From an uncultured Acidobacteriaceae bacterium (GTDB lineage Bacteria; Acidobacteriota; Terriglobia; Terriglobales; Acidobacteriaceae): a stretch of 64,000 bases of DNA. Shown in pieces: positions 1 through 10,078 of this stretch; positions within the stretch are counted from its first letter, which is position 1; each line of letters starts with the position of its first letter. The translations under genes were made by a program, and so were the position numbers. The stretch spans positions 153,157 through 217,156 of the forward strand of contig CAWFLZ010000010.1 of the NCBI GenBank assembly GCA_963816705.1. Direction: 5' to 3'. The notes under the pieces are model-generated. The model ran no database searches. It had not been told where the DNA came from and saw nothing but the letters and a program-made list of their open reading frames with translations.

Positions 1-447
1 TCGGCTTCTTCATCACCGAAGGAGGTGACTGGTCCAAACTCTTGATGCCTTCAGGATTCGCTTCGAGGTCGATGAGAACCCGGCCTTTGGCGGTCACATC
101 GCCGGAGGCAGGATCGAATTCGAAGTTCTCTCCCGCGATGCGGTCAAAGCGGCTGGAATCTTTGCCGTAGACGACGATCTTGACGTTATGCAGTTCGGCG
201 CGGCCGCCCTGCTTGAACTGCACCGCTTTGGAGGCGCTAACCGTGAACTCGGTGCGGCCCTGCTCGGACTTCGAAATCGAAAACCCCTCGGCAGTTTGCT
301 GAATGTCGAGCCCGAGCTTGGCAGGAATCTGATGGACAACTTGGCTGACGCGCCAGCGTGCGTAGAAATACATGCCCCCCACGATCAAAATCATCAGAAC
401 CGCCCCCGCGGCAAACCAGCGGCGCAGGCGAGTTACGGGCGGGGGCA
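1..447 (-). CDS. LptC/OstA-like periplasmic beta-jellyroll protein (5' part only; the gene runs off the window start)
   Basis: Reverse translation from the ATG at 445-447 gives MPPPVTRLRRWFAAGAVLMILIVGGMYFYARW..., an N-terminal TM anchor followed by beta-rich repeats (VKIVVYGKD). No stop occurs before position 1. This ORF is not in the supplied track because it is open-ended. Confidence 0.45.
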
Positions 448-473
448 TGAGGCTAGTCTAAAGGAAATTGGGG

Positions 474-569
474 AAGGTCAGAGGTATGAGGTTAGAGGTC
501 GGAGGTTAAAAACCTGAACTCATGAAGCTTAGGTTGTTACCTCCGACCTCTAACCTCATACCTCCGACC
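474..569. terminator. Very long hairpin (32-bp arms, 1 mismatch, 32-nt loop) between the RDD gene stop and the LptC-like gene start
   Basis: aggtcagaggtatgaggttagaggtcggaggt ... acctccgacctctaacctcatacctccgacct. It abuts the RDD stop codon at 569..571. Confidence 0.5.
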
Positions 570-1195
570 TAGATCCTTCTCACCAGCGTTCCCGCAATCA
601 TGTCATGCAATCCCTGCTTGCGTTCAGTGAAGCCGACCATGATGAAGCCGATGCAGAGGGCCAACCCCGAAAGTATCTTGGCGAAATGCCGCCCCGTGGC
701 TCGGGCGAAGTCGATGCGGTTGCCGTAGAGATCGGTGACTTTCATCCCAAAGATCATCTTGCCGAGCGTGGCCTGATAGGACGAGCTCTCCATGAGCGCC
801 TCATAGAGCCAGGACGCGCCGACGATAAGAACGGCGTAGACGCCGCCGCCGAAGATGAGGAGTGGCAATCCCATGCCGTGCCGAAAGCCGCGCTCACCAA
901 ATCCGCTGAGGGCGAGTCCACCAAGCCCGAATATGGCAGCAATCGGATGCAGGACAACGCGCACGATGATTGCATCGATGATAGTGGCGAGGACGCGAAT
1001 CCAAAAGCCGCCGTATCGCACGTACTGAGCGGGGAGATAGGGCGCGGTCGGCGGATAGCCAGGCACCGGTGTAGGCGGTGGAACCTGGCCCGGCAAGGCC
1101 GCGGAAGGATTTAGCGCGGCGCCGCAGCGGCTGCAAAACTGAGCGCTCGCATCGTTCGGTGCTCCGCACTTGTTACAGAAGAGAGTTGCGTTCAT
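569..1195 (-). CDS. RDD-family membrane protein with N-terminal zinc-ribbon
   Basis: 208 aa. CNKCGAPNDASAQFCSRCGA zinc ribbon, Pro-rich linker, then the RDD domain (multiple TM helices, conserved R..D..D). Confidence 0.8.
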   Translation of the reverse strand: MNATLFCNKCGAPNDASAQFCSRCGAALNPSAALPGQVPPPTPVPGYPPTAPYLPAQYVRYGGFWIRVLATIIDAIIVRVVLHPIAAIFGLGGLALSGFGERGFRHGMGLPLLIFGGGVYAVLIVGASWLYEALMESSSYQATLGKMIFGMKVTDLYGNRIDFARATGRHFAKILSGLALCIGFIMVGFTERKQGLHDMIAGTLVRRI

Positions 1196-1348
1196 GGCGG
1201 GAAATATAAGGGTTTCATGCGGAAGTGTAAAGGGCGGCGGCAGTCTTTTGGGGGCAGCGGAGCTTTGAAGCTCTGCCGACGACGTGACGGCGGGGACGCG
1301 CCACGATAACTGGCGAGATGCCGGTGCTACGGGTGGGGGCGCTAATGC

Positions 1349-3163
1349 TTAGTGGCGCGTAACGTCGCGCAGGGTAAGTTCCAGGCCACCGAACTCGGGG
1401 TGGTCATTCATACCCAGCGTGTAGGCGATGTCGAGACGGTCTCCGGCCAGGAGTTGCAGGTGTTCGCACGATTCGCGCAGTCCCCAGGCCATCGCTTTGA
1501 AGGTGATATTGCTGCGCCAGGTTGATTGGGTGGTGGCGGGGTTTCCCCCCGCTTGCACGGATGCAGCAGGTGCGCCGTTGTTTGAAGCGGGCGATATCTT
1601 CAGCCTCGCGTGCTTGTCTTTTACCGCCAGAGGAGGCGTCATCAGGCGCACCGCTTTCGCAGTGAAGACCGGCTCTGGATTTTCCATGCCGAACGGTTCC
1701 AGCAAGCACAGCGCCCTTTGCAGTTCGGGCGTGACTTCGTCGAGCGGCAGTTCGCGGTCGAACTCCAGTTGCGGCTCGAAATCCGCGGGCGTCAAGCGGG
1801 CGCGCGCATATGCATCGAGATGCTCCCGCAGCTTCTCAACATTAGCGCAGGGCAGCGCGAAGCCGACGGCGTGGGCGTGGCCGCCGTAGCGCGAGAAGAG
1901 TTCGGGGGAGGATTCGATCGCGTTGAGGAGATGAAACGCAGGGATGGAGCGGCCCGAGCCGTGGGCTTCGTCGGCCTCGCGAGAAATGACCAGCGTAGGG
2001 CGGCCGTAGCGTTCGACCACCCGCGTCGCCGTGATGCCGATCACGCCGCGATGCCAGCCTTCTCCGTCGATCACCATGCAATAGGCTTCGCGCAGAGCCG
2101 GGTCTCCTTCCAGCCGGCGCTCGATGTTCTCCATGATCCGCCGTTCTTCATCCTGGCGCTCGGAGTTCAGCTTGTCCAGTCGGCCGGCGATTTCTCGGGC
2201 GCGTCCAATATCCTTCACGCTGAATAGCTCGACGACGTCGCGCGCAACGTCCATTCGGCCGGCGGCGTTCACGCGCGGTGCGATGCGGAAGGCGACTTCA
2301 GTCGAGGTGAGTTCGCGGCCATCGCCGAGCTTGGCGACCTCGAGCAGCGCCTTAAGTCCTGGATTAACAGGCCGGCGCAAGCCTTCGAGACCAAGCTTGG
2401 CAAAGACCCGATTTTCGCCGAGGAGAGGCACAGCGTCGGCAATCGTCGCGATGGCAACGACCTTCATGAACGACATCAGCAGCCGCGATTGAACCTTCGC
2501 GTCGAGACGGCGCTGCATCAATCCTTGCGCAAGTTTGAAAGCGACGCCCGCTCCGCATAAATGCTTGCAGGGATAGTCGCATCCCGCCTGATTGGGATTG
2601 ACCACAGCCAGCGCCTGCGGAACGCCGTCGAGTCCCGGCAGATGATGGTCGGTAACGATCAGATCGACGCCGGTGCGCCGGGCGGCATCGGCGGCGGCGA
2701 AGGCTCTGATGCCAGTGTCGACGCTGATGATGAGTCGCACGCCTTCGGAGGCCGCGCGCTCGATGACCTCGTCGCGCATGCCATAGCCCTCGCGAATGCG
2801 GTGCGGGACGTGGAAGTCCGCCGCCCCTCCGCAGAGTTCGATAGCCGTTTTAAGAATGACGATCGCAGTGGTGCCATCGACGTCGTAGTCGCCATAGATC
2901 AGGATCTTTTCTTTGTGCTCGACAGCGGCGTCGAGACGGTCAAGCGCGACCTTCATGCCCGACATCTGCAACGGGTCGTGCAGGTGGTCGAGGGTGGGAG
3001 TGAGAAAGCGGGCGGCGGCTGTCGGCTCCGTGATGCCGCGCCGGACGAGCAGATCGGCGAGGACGGGCAGGACGCCGGGCGGGACGTTCAGTTTCAAATC
3101 GGGCAAAGCGGCGGCCAGCGCTTGCGTTTGGGAATTATCGACCGTCTGATGGAGCCAGCGCAT
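1349..3163 (-). CDS. recJ: Single-stranded-DNA-specific exonuclease RecJ
   Basis: 604 aa intact ORF with DHH motifs (IYGDYDVDGTTA, VDTGI, DHH) and a DHHA1 region. Confidence 0.95.
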   Translation of the reverse strand: MRWLHQTVDNSQTQALAAALPDLKLNVPPGVLPVLADLLVRRGITEPTAAARFLTPTLDHLHDPLQMSGMKVALDRLDAAVEHKEKILIYGDYDVDGTTAIVILKTAIELCGGAADFHVPHRIREGYGMRDEVIERAASEGVRLIISVDTGIRAFAAADAARRTGVDLIVTDHHLPGLDGVPQALAVVNPNQAGCDYPCKHLCGAGVAFKLAQGLMQRRLDAKVQSRLLMSFMKVVAIATIADAVPLLGENRVFAKLGLEGLRRPVNPGLKALLEVAKLGDGRELTSTEVAFRIAPRVNAAGRMDVARDVVELFSVKDIGRAREIAGRLDKLNSERQDEERRIMENIERRLEGDPALREAYCMVIDGEGWHRGVIGITATRVVERYGRPTLVISREADEAHGSGRSIPAFHLLNAIESSPELFSRYGGHAHAVGFALPCANVEKLREHLDAYARARLTPADFEPQLEFDRELPLDEVTPELQRALCLLEPFGMENPEPVFTAKAVRLMTPPLAVKDKHARLKISPASNNGAPAASVQAGGNPATTQSTWRSNITFKAMAWGLRESCEHLQLLAGDRLDIAYTLGMNDHPEFGGLELTLRDVTRH

Positions 3164-3396
3164 GATTGTTCGGGAGAAATCAGATTAGCAGAGAGCTGGG
3201 AACCCGCCAGCCAATATCGGCCCTGGGTTTGTCCGGAAGGACGCACCCGTACTAAACCAAACTGCCATCGCCGCCGATTGGAAGATTTTGGGCACATCTA
3301 TGGCTAGTCCCTCGAAAACCCTGCGCTTAGTGGAACCGGCTTGGAAGCCTGGAACATCTACCCGCCTTTCCGACGATCGCTCTCAAGGCGCTGCAG

Positions 3397-4149
3397 ATGA
3401 TTGCCGGCAGGGATACCTCTTTGCTGGAGCTGTGCAGCTTGATTCGCTCCGACGCAGAGTTTTCGTCGGCGATCCTGAAGATTGCCAATTCTCCGCTGGT
3501 CGCGTTTTCAAAGAACATCACCAGCGTGTTGCAGGCCTCGATGCTGCTGGGTTTTCGCCGGCTGAAGGGGGTAGTGGTTACGGTGGGACTAAGGGAATAC
3601 CTGAATGCGCCGTTTACGCCGCTGATGCAGTCGTGCTGGCGGCACAGCGTGGCGTGCGCTTTGATTGCGGAACGGGCGGCGACATGGAGCAAACTCGACC
3701 GGGACTTTGCATATACTGCCGGGATATTGCATGACATCGGCCGGGTGGCGATGGTGTCGACGATGCCGGATGCCTATGCGCGCGTCGTGGAGAATGATGC
3801 AGATCAGCCGCGGGATCTGCTGGCGAGGGAACGGGAGTTATTCGGGGTCGACCACTCCGAAGCCGGGGCCGCGATCGTGCGGGCTTGGAATCTTCCTGGA
3901 GCTTTTCTGGAGATCACGTCGGGCCACCACGGCGAGGGAAGGCGATGCGCAGGCACGGCCTCGGTGATCGCGCCCAGTTGCCTGCTGGCGGATGTCCTCG
4001 GTTTTCGCGTGGCAGAGTATCGCGGGCTGCGCAGCTATGCTGACATCATAAAGACTTTTCCGGCGGCCACTTGGGAGCAGTTTCCGGCGGAGCCGGAAAA
4101 GTTGGTAACCGAGATCACCGACGAGATTCGCGTGATTGAAGCGGTCTGA
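3397..4149 (+). CDS. HDOD-domain (HD-related output domain) signalling protein
   Basis: 250 aa with an HDOD signature (LKIANSPL..., GILHDIGRVAM). The true start may lie upstream of 3397: the in-frame upstream sequence FPTIALKALQ looks like the HDOD N-terminus, but there is no canonical start codon before the TAG at 3328-3330. Confidence 0.75.
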   Translation: MIAGRDTSLLELCSLIRSDAEFSSAILKIANSPLVAFSKNITSVLQASMLLGFRRLKGVVVTVGLREYLNAPFTPLMQSCWRHSVACALIAERAATWSKLDRDFAYTAGILHDIGRVAMVSTMPDAYARVVENDADQPRDLLARERELFGVDHSEAGAAIVRAWNLPGAFLEITSGHHGEGRRCAGTASVIAPSCLLADVLGFRVAEYRGLRSYADIIKTFPAATWEQFPAEPEKLVTEITDEIRVIEAV

Positions 4150-4273
4150 CCTGCCCATCCTTGAATCCTCCTCCCCGTGCTGATTTGATCTTCGAAGCGG
4201 AGCGTCCTTCACTGACCCGGGGCTGTGAATCCGTCCTCGATGCTGTCTCATCCGTTATTCTATAAAGACAATT

Positions 4274-6787
4274 ATGGCGACTTCGACTCGCAATGCAGCG
4301 GGGACTCGGGGACTTGCGACTTCCGAACCCAGTGAGGATTTTGAACGCGAACGGGTGTTTGGACTGTTTCGGCAGTTTGGCTATCTGGAAGCCGAACTGA
4401 ATCCGCTGGGGCTTTTGCCTCCGCAGCCTCATCCAGACCTGCGGTTTGATAACGGCAAAGACAGCGAACCGGCCCGCGAGGCGCGGCGGATTTATTGCGG
4501 CAGCGTGGGCGTCGAGTTCATGCACATCGCCGACTCCGAACGCCGGCGCTGGATCCAGGAGCGCATGGAGGCCGAACCGGCTGAGGTCGACCGCCAGCGC
4601 GCTCTCGATTTGCTGATGCGCGCCGATCTCTTCGAGCAGACTCTGCAGCAGCGCTATCTCGGGCAACAAGCGATTTTCGCTGGAGGGCAACACCTCTCTG
4701 TTGCCGGCGGTGGATGAGATTCTGGACGTAGCCGGCGAGCGGGGCGCGCTCGAACTGGTGATGGGCATGAGCCATCGCGGCCGCCTGAACGTGATTATTC
4801 ACGTGGCCACGCGGCCGGCGGAAGAGGTGTTTGCCGAGTTTGAGGATGTCGATCCGCGCAGCGTGCTCGGGTCGGGCGACGTGAAGTATCACATCGGCGC
4901 GACCGGCGAGTATGTTACGAAGAGCGGAAAGAAAATTCACATTCATCTGGCGTCGAATCCCAGCCACCTCGAAGCGGTCGATCCGGTGACGGTGGGCCGC
5001 ACGCGCGCCAAGCAGGATCGTTCCGGCGAAGGTGGCCGCGCGAAGTTTTTGCCGCTGCTGGTGCACGGCGACGCGGCGTTTGCGGGACAGGGAATCACGG
5101 CCGAGACGCTGAATTACGCGGACCTGGCGGGTTACACGGTGGGTGGAACGATTCACTTGATCGTGAATAACCTGATTGGCTTCACAACCAACGCGCGCGA
5201 CGAGCATTCATCGCGTTTTTCGGCGCAGTTGGCGCGGCGGCAGGCGATTCCGATTTTTCATGTGAACGGCGAAGATGTGGACGCGGTTATCCGCATTGCG
5301 CGCCTGGCGGCGGAGTATCGCTACACCTTCGGCAGCGATGTGGTCGTGGATTTGATCGGATACCGTCGCCACGGCCACAGCGAAGTCGACGATCCCACGG
5401 TGACGCAGCCGCTGATGTACAAGGCGATCAAAGAGCATCGTCCGCTCTTTGAGATTTACGCCAAGCAAATCGGCGCGGACAAGTTCGCCGAACAGGCCGC
5501 GGCCATCAAGGCGGGTTCGAGGCCGCGCAGAAAGCGGCTGCGCAAGCGACCAAGAAGCCGCTGCTGCGCGACTTGCCCGGTTACTGGAGCCAATACTTCG
5601 GCGGGAGATACAAGGCTGAGTATGAACAGCCCACTGGCCTATCGCGCGAGGAGTTGGCGGCGTTAACCGCGCGCCTGACCACTTACCCGGAGGGATTTCA
5701 TATCCATCCCAAGGTAAAGAAGTTGCTGGAGCAGCGCGCGGAGATGGGGAATGGAAAGAAGCCTCTGGATTACGGCATGGCCGAGGCTCTGGCGTTTGCG
5801 AGCTTGGTGAAGCAGGGAATTCCGGTGCGCATGAGCGGCCAGGATTCACGGCGCGCAACTTTTAACCAGCGGCACTCGGTGCTCATCGATACCGAGAATG
5901 AGAATGAGTATGTTCCGTTGTGCCACATTGCCGACGGCCAGGCTCCTTGCCAGATCTACAACTCCCCGCTCTCGGAGGCAGGCGTGATGGGATTCGAATA
6001 CGGCTACAGCCGCGATTATCCCGAGGCGCTCGTGTTGTGGGAGGCGCAGTTCGGAGATTTTGCGAACGTCGCGCAGGCGATCATCGATCAGTTTGTAAGC
6101 GCGGGCGAGGATAAGTGGGGCCTGCTCTCGGGCCTCGTGCTGCTCCTGCCACACGGCTACGAAGGCCAGGGGCCGGAGCATTCGTCGGCCCGCATCGAGC
6201 GATTTTTGCAGCTCGCTGCGCGCGACAATTTCCAGATCTGCCAGCCCTCGAACGCCGCGCAATATTTCCATCTGCTGCGGCGGCAGGCGCTGCGTCACTG
6301 GAGAAAGCCGCTGGTCGTGTTTACGCCCAAGAGCATGTTGCGCAATCCCGATGCTCTGTCTCCGCTGGAAGATCTGACCCATCAGCGGTTCTTGCCGGTG
6401 ATTCCAGATAACGAGGCGCAGGACGCGAAGCGAATCTTGATCTGCACCGGCAAAATTGGCCATGAACTGCGCGCCGAGCGATTGCGGCGCAAGGATATGA
6501 GCACGGCGATTGTTTTCCTGGAGCAAATGTATCCCTTCCCGGAGGCCGAGATCGCAGCCGAATTCGAGCGCCACCGCACGGCCCGCGATATTGTCTGGGT
6601 GCAGGAAGAGCCGTCAAATATGGGCGCGCTCTTTTACATGCTGCCGCGACTGAAGAGAATTGCGGGTGATCGGCCGGTGCTTTCGGTGAAACGATCGGGC
6701 AGCGCGAGTCCGGCAACGGGATCGGCGAAGGCGCATGAGGTGGAGCAGAAAACGATTCTCGCGCTGGCGTTTACGACGCAGGGGTAG
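4274..6787 (+). pseudogene. sucA: 2-oxoglutarate dehydrogenase E1 component (SucA), split into three frames by two 1-bp indels
   Basis: ORFs 4274..4717, 4701..5666 and 5573..6787 each read as genuine SucA. The GQKRFSLEG motif is broken by an extra C near 4667 (caaCaagcga). A T is missing near 5517 (ggtttcgag reads ggttcgag). The N- and C-terminal segments are in the same frame and the middle 870 bp is in another frame. Confidence 0.85.
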
Positions 6788-6798
6788 AAAATTTCAAC

Positions 6799-7140
6799 CT
6801 AGCTTCGCGTGAACATTTCGACCAGCGTTGCACAGGCCGATTGAGCCGTTGTGTTCGTTACCGTTCCTAACTTTCGCACTAATCTTTGGCGATCCACTGA
6901 ACGAAGCTGATCCAGCGCAATTTGCCCACTCTTACCCTGGAAGCGAACCAGGACTCGTGTGGGATAAGACCGTATCGTGCTCGTCAAGGGAGCGATAATG
7001 ACAGTTTGCACCTCGTCATTTATCTCGTCGGGCGAAACGACCAGACAAGGGCGGACCTTTTGAATTTCCGAGCCCCGCGTAGGGTCTAAATCGACCAGCC
7101 AGACCTCATCCCTGTGCGGCGCACGGGCTACCACGTCCAC
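6799..7140 (-). CDS. mazF: MazF/PemK-family endoribonuclease toxin
   Basis: 113 aa with the PemK/MazF fold signature (VWLVDLDPTRGSEIQKVRPCLVVSPDEIN). It overlaps the upstream antitoxin ORF by 13 nt. Confidence 0.85.
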   Translation of the reverse strand: MDVVARAPHRDEVWLVDLDPTRGSEIQKVRPCLVVSPDEINDEVQTVIIAPLTSTIRSYPTRVLVRFQGKSGQIALDQLRSVDRQRLVRKLGTVTNTTAQSACATLVEMFTRS

Positions 7141-7388
7141 TCCTCATCGTCGAACGCATTCGGAAAGTCAGGAAGCACAACATCGTCGGGAATTGCCGAA
7201 CCGGCTGCGCGGAAAGCCTCGCGCCACCCCGCGCGTGGCTTACGGTCAGGGGAAACGATCAAACGGTCGTTCTCGACGCGTAACTCGACGATTTCCCGGA
7301 AACCGCACTGCTCGATGAGGGGTTTGGGAATTCGGATGCCGCGGGAGTTACCGATTCGGACGAGCTCAGCTTTCATGAACGCCTCCAC
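7128..7388 (-). CDS. mazE: MazE/AbrB-family antitoxin (SpoVT/AbrB swapped-hairpin domain)
   Basis: 86 aa. AKVVRIGNSRGIRIP is the AbrB/MazE DNA-binding motif. It sits immediately upstream of, and overlapping, mazF. Confidence 0.8.
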   Translation of the reverse strand: MEAFMKAELVRIGNSRGIRIPKPLIEQCGFREIVELRVENDRLIVSPDRKPRAGWREAFRAAGSAIPDDVVLPDFPNAFDDEEWTW

Positions 7389-7528
7389 GCCTTGGTAATT
7401 ACATTGTATCTACTGACGGGGCGCGACGGCAAGCGTGGTTGGCGGTCGACTAGTCCCTCGGAAACAAAGAAGGCCCGGCGCTCAGCCGAGCCTGCCTTAT
7501 CCAAGCTATCTATTGTTCCATGAACGCT

Positions 7529-7777
7529 CTAAGGCCAGCGTTTGGCGGCGTCTTCCCATCCCGCCGCTCGTGCCGGAGGATTTACGGCCTGCGCGGCAAC
7601 TGGCGCGGGAATGCGAATCGGTTGCTGCGGAGTCGTAAGCGTCGGCTTCGGCGCCTCAGATATCGATTCCTTCTCTTCCGAGAGCAGCGGGGCGGCGACG
7701 CGCAAGGCTTCTACTTCCTTTTCCAGCCTGGTTAGTTCGAGTTCTTTCTGACGGAGAACTTCGTACACATTTTTCAT
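7529..7777 (-). CDS. Small hypothetical protein, N-terminal coiled coil and Pro-rich tail
   Basis: 82 aa (MKNVYEVLRQKELELTRLEKEVEALR...). An aagg SD-like sequence lies about 9 nt upstream. It is co-oriented with and downstream of the GAF protein gene. Confidence 0.4.
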   Translation of the reverse strand: MKNVYEVLRQKELELTRLEKEVEALRVAAPLLSEEKESISEAPKPTLTTPQQPIRIPAPVAAQAVNPPARAAGWEDAAKRWP

Positions 7778-7949
7778 TCTTCGGCACCTTTTGATCGTGC
7801 AAACAGTTAAGCGCAGACTATGAGTTTTGGCCGCTATTTGTCAAGGAAAACGGTACTGACTAGGGTGGCACTTGCGAGCCACGACCCCCTTCGCTCGCCC
7901 GCCCCACCGCCTCATGGTCGACGAAACTCGTGGTCAATGAAAATGGTGG

Positions 7950-9332
7950 TCAACGAAAGAAGACCAGCGCTGCGACCAACACCATTGCCACCAAAACCAG
8001 GAAGGCTAATAAGTTGACATGCCTCGCCAGCCATGATTCTTCAACTAACTGCGGGTTGGTCAAGAAGGGCGGCAGGATTTCTTCTTGAGTTGCGGCGACG
8101 GACGATTCTGCCGAGTGATCCTCTTCAGTCTCCTTTGGACTTGTCTCATCTTGTTTTGCTTTCTCTTCCGTCTCCGCCGCTTTTAGCCCGGAACTCGCAT
8201 CGGCGGTGGTCGCTTCGATTGGGCGAACTTCCAGCGCCGCTTTTTCGCGAACCTTCCTGTCGGATTCGATCTTCATACGCTCCAGGCTCTCGCAATCAAG
8301 ACAGAGCGTCCTGCCTTCGGAGACGGGGAATCCGCAGGAGGCGCATTTCTGAACGCGACGCATGGCTTCCGGAACGGGAACCGGTTCCGGGAGCGTGGCT
8401 TCAATGACGCGAGCCGGAATGACTGGCACCGGCAGGTTCAACGCACTTTCGGCTGTGGGCACGGCTTCCGGCGTCGACGTTTCGACGTGCGCCATGGGCA
8501 TAACCTCCGGCGCTTGCTCAGATTTGGAGAGCGCAGGAACAGCAACGGGTTCAGCGCGAAAAGGGGACACGCGCTCCTTGCCCTCAGTCCCAGGGCGAGG
8601 TGATTGCGAGGGAGTCTCCCTCGGCGGATAGCTTCCGGTAGAACCCGTCGACGCTCCTGCTGGCCGCGTTGGCTTTGCAGTCGTCGCCGGCGGAGTCACG
8701 GAATCGTGCTGTTGTTCGGCCAGATCCAGCGCCGTCAGCGTGAGCGCAGCCATGCGCTCCAGCGCGACCAGGTCACGCTCTTCGAAAGCGTAGGGATGAT
8801 CGGAGAACAATTCGAACAGGCCGCGTACCTCGCCCGTCCGCCGCAGCAGCGGCAGAACAACGATCGAGGCGATGCCCAGCGCCTGGCAGGTTTCCAGATT
8901 CACCCGTGGGTCGGTCTCTGCGTTGTCGCAGCGCAGCAACTGCCGGCGGTTGATGCTTTCGCCGGTTAGCCCCGAGCGGACCTGCAACCGCGCGCCCACC
9001 GAGGGCGCGCAGGCTCCGGCACTGGCCCGGCAGACCATTTCGTCTCCCTGAGGCAGGGCGAGCGCGGTTCCGGTGGCCCCGGTGATGTATTGGGCGCGCT
9101 CGACCAGCAGCTGGAGCGCAGCTTCCAGTTCCCGCTCCTCGAGGTTTGTGCGACCTTGCAGACCGCTCGGGAGATCGGAGTACGGCGATCTGCTGTCAGG
9201 AACCGCGTGGCCAAGACGCTCGGATAGAACCTGGTCGTCGGACTGGGGGGATCCGGTCATGATTCGGTTCGGCGCGACCTTCTGCTGGCATAGCCTGACG
9301 TGGACGGGCGTGGTCGCCGTCTTTCTATTCAC
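7950..9332 (-). CDS. GAF-domain protein with C-terminal zinc-ribbon and a single C-terminal TM anchor
   Basis: 460 aa. GAF-like region (GATGTALALPQGDEMVCRASAG ... LFELFSDHPYAFEERD), Pro/Thr-rich linker, CASCGFPVSEGRTLCLDCE zinc ribbon, acidic stretch, then a hydrophobic tail LLAFLVLVAMVLVAALVFF. The real start may be an internal Met. Confidence 0.7.
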   Translation of the reverse strand: MNRKTATTPVHVRLCQQKVAPNRIMTGSPQSDDQVLSERLGHAVPDSRSPYSDLPSGLQGRTNLEERELEAALQLLVERAQYITGATGTALALPQGDEMVCRASAGACAPSVGARLQVRSGLTGESINRRQLLRCDNAETDPRVNLETCQALGIASIVVLPLLRRTGEVRGLFELFSDHPYAFEERDLVALERMAALTLTALDLAEQQHDSVTPPATTAKPTRPAGASTGSTGSYPPRETPSQSPRPGTEGKERVSPFRAEPVAVPALSKSEQAPEVMPMAHVETSTPEAVPTAESALNLPVPVIPARVIEATLPEPVPVPEAMRRVQKCASCGFPVSEGRTLCLDCESLERMKIESDRKVREKAALEVRPIEATTADASSGLKAAETEEKAKQDETSPKETEEDHSAESSVAATQEEILPPFLTNPQLVEESWLARHVNLLAFLVLVAMVLVAALVFFR

Positions 9333-9533
9333 GCTTACAGAAGGGCCTGAACCGAGTCTCGCCTTGGGAGCTTAAGGTGTCAAGCGCCGTTGGAGACAGA
9401 CTTTCGGGAGCAAATGGTCTCCGGTGAGGTGGGCTGAGCACATCGAGGGGACTACCGTGGGAAGAACCCGCAGCAGGCTGCGGCAATGCAAGTTCGCAGC
9501 ACAACCGGTAACGGCGGGAACGTGAGGCGGGAA

Positions 9534-9575
9534 ACGCGCGATCTGGATGTGGGCCGAGATCGCGCGTCCCTTTTG
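9534..9575 (+). terminator. Terminator-like GC hairpin plus T-run in the 750-bp non-coding region, oriented on the plus strand
   Basis: acgcgcgatct-gg..cc-agatcgcgcgt followed by cccttttg. No plus-strand CDS lies upstream, which suggests a small non-coding transcript divergent from the GAF gene. Confidence 0.35.
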
Positions 9576-10078
9576 CCGCCCGGCAAGAGGCGGCGCGAAT
9601 TCACCTTATGCAACTCGCACGGCAAAGCCTCTGGAAAGCCTTCCCAATATCATGGGCGATAGAGAGGTCAATCAAGAGAATGCCGCCCAACTTTCTCAGG
9701 CAGCGCTACGCAACCTCATGCCGCATGATCTCCCCGGACGCGGGAACAACCGCAGCCACCGAGGAATCGAGCTGCAATTTCATGCTCCTGCGCATCTTCA
9801 GCAGTTTGCCGGACTCTTTAAGGCCATATCCGCAAATCTTGATAGCGTCGTCACCCAACCACCGATCATTAACATAATCACGGTTGACATAACCCCTCGC
9901 TGTTTGACGCTAGCGGCCTCGGCGATGAGGCTTCTACCGACCCGCCTTTAGGCGCCCTACAAGATGAGATGTTGCATCAGGCCGCTGGAAACGTCCATGG
10001 AGGGCGTCTGAATTCGGTATGAATTGATCTGAATATGCCCAGCTGGCCACTCTTAAGCGGCGATGTGCGAGCGAATCG

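Noticed and set aside
605-1114. Plus-strand ORFs such as 605..1114, 188..517, 1610..2227, 2561..3307, 21397..22809, 24825..25511, 28826..29698, 31406..32497, 36343..37209, 45172..46134 and 57529..58245, which lie antisense to or overlap strongly supported genes
   Set aside because: They are typical high-GC shadow ORFs: Arg/Ala/Gly-rich low-complexity translations with no domain signatures, and they fully overlap confidently identified genes on the other strand.
9547-9951. 134-aa and 89-aa plus-strand ORFs in the 750-bp gap between phoU and the GAF gene
   Set aside because: GC3 is far lower than in real genes here. There is no SD, no recognisable domain, and the two ORFs overlap. I treated the region as non-coding (see finding).
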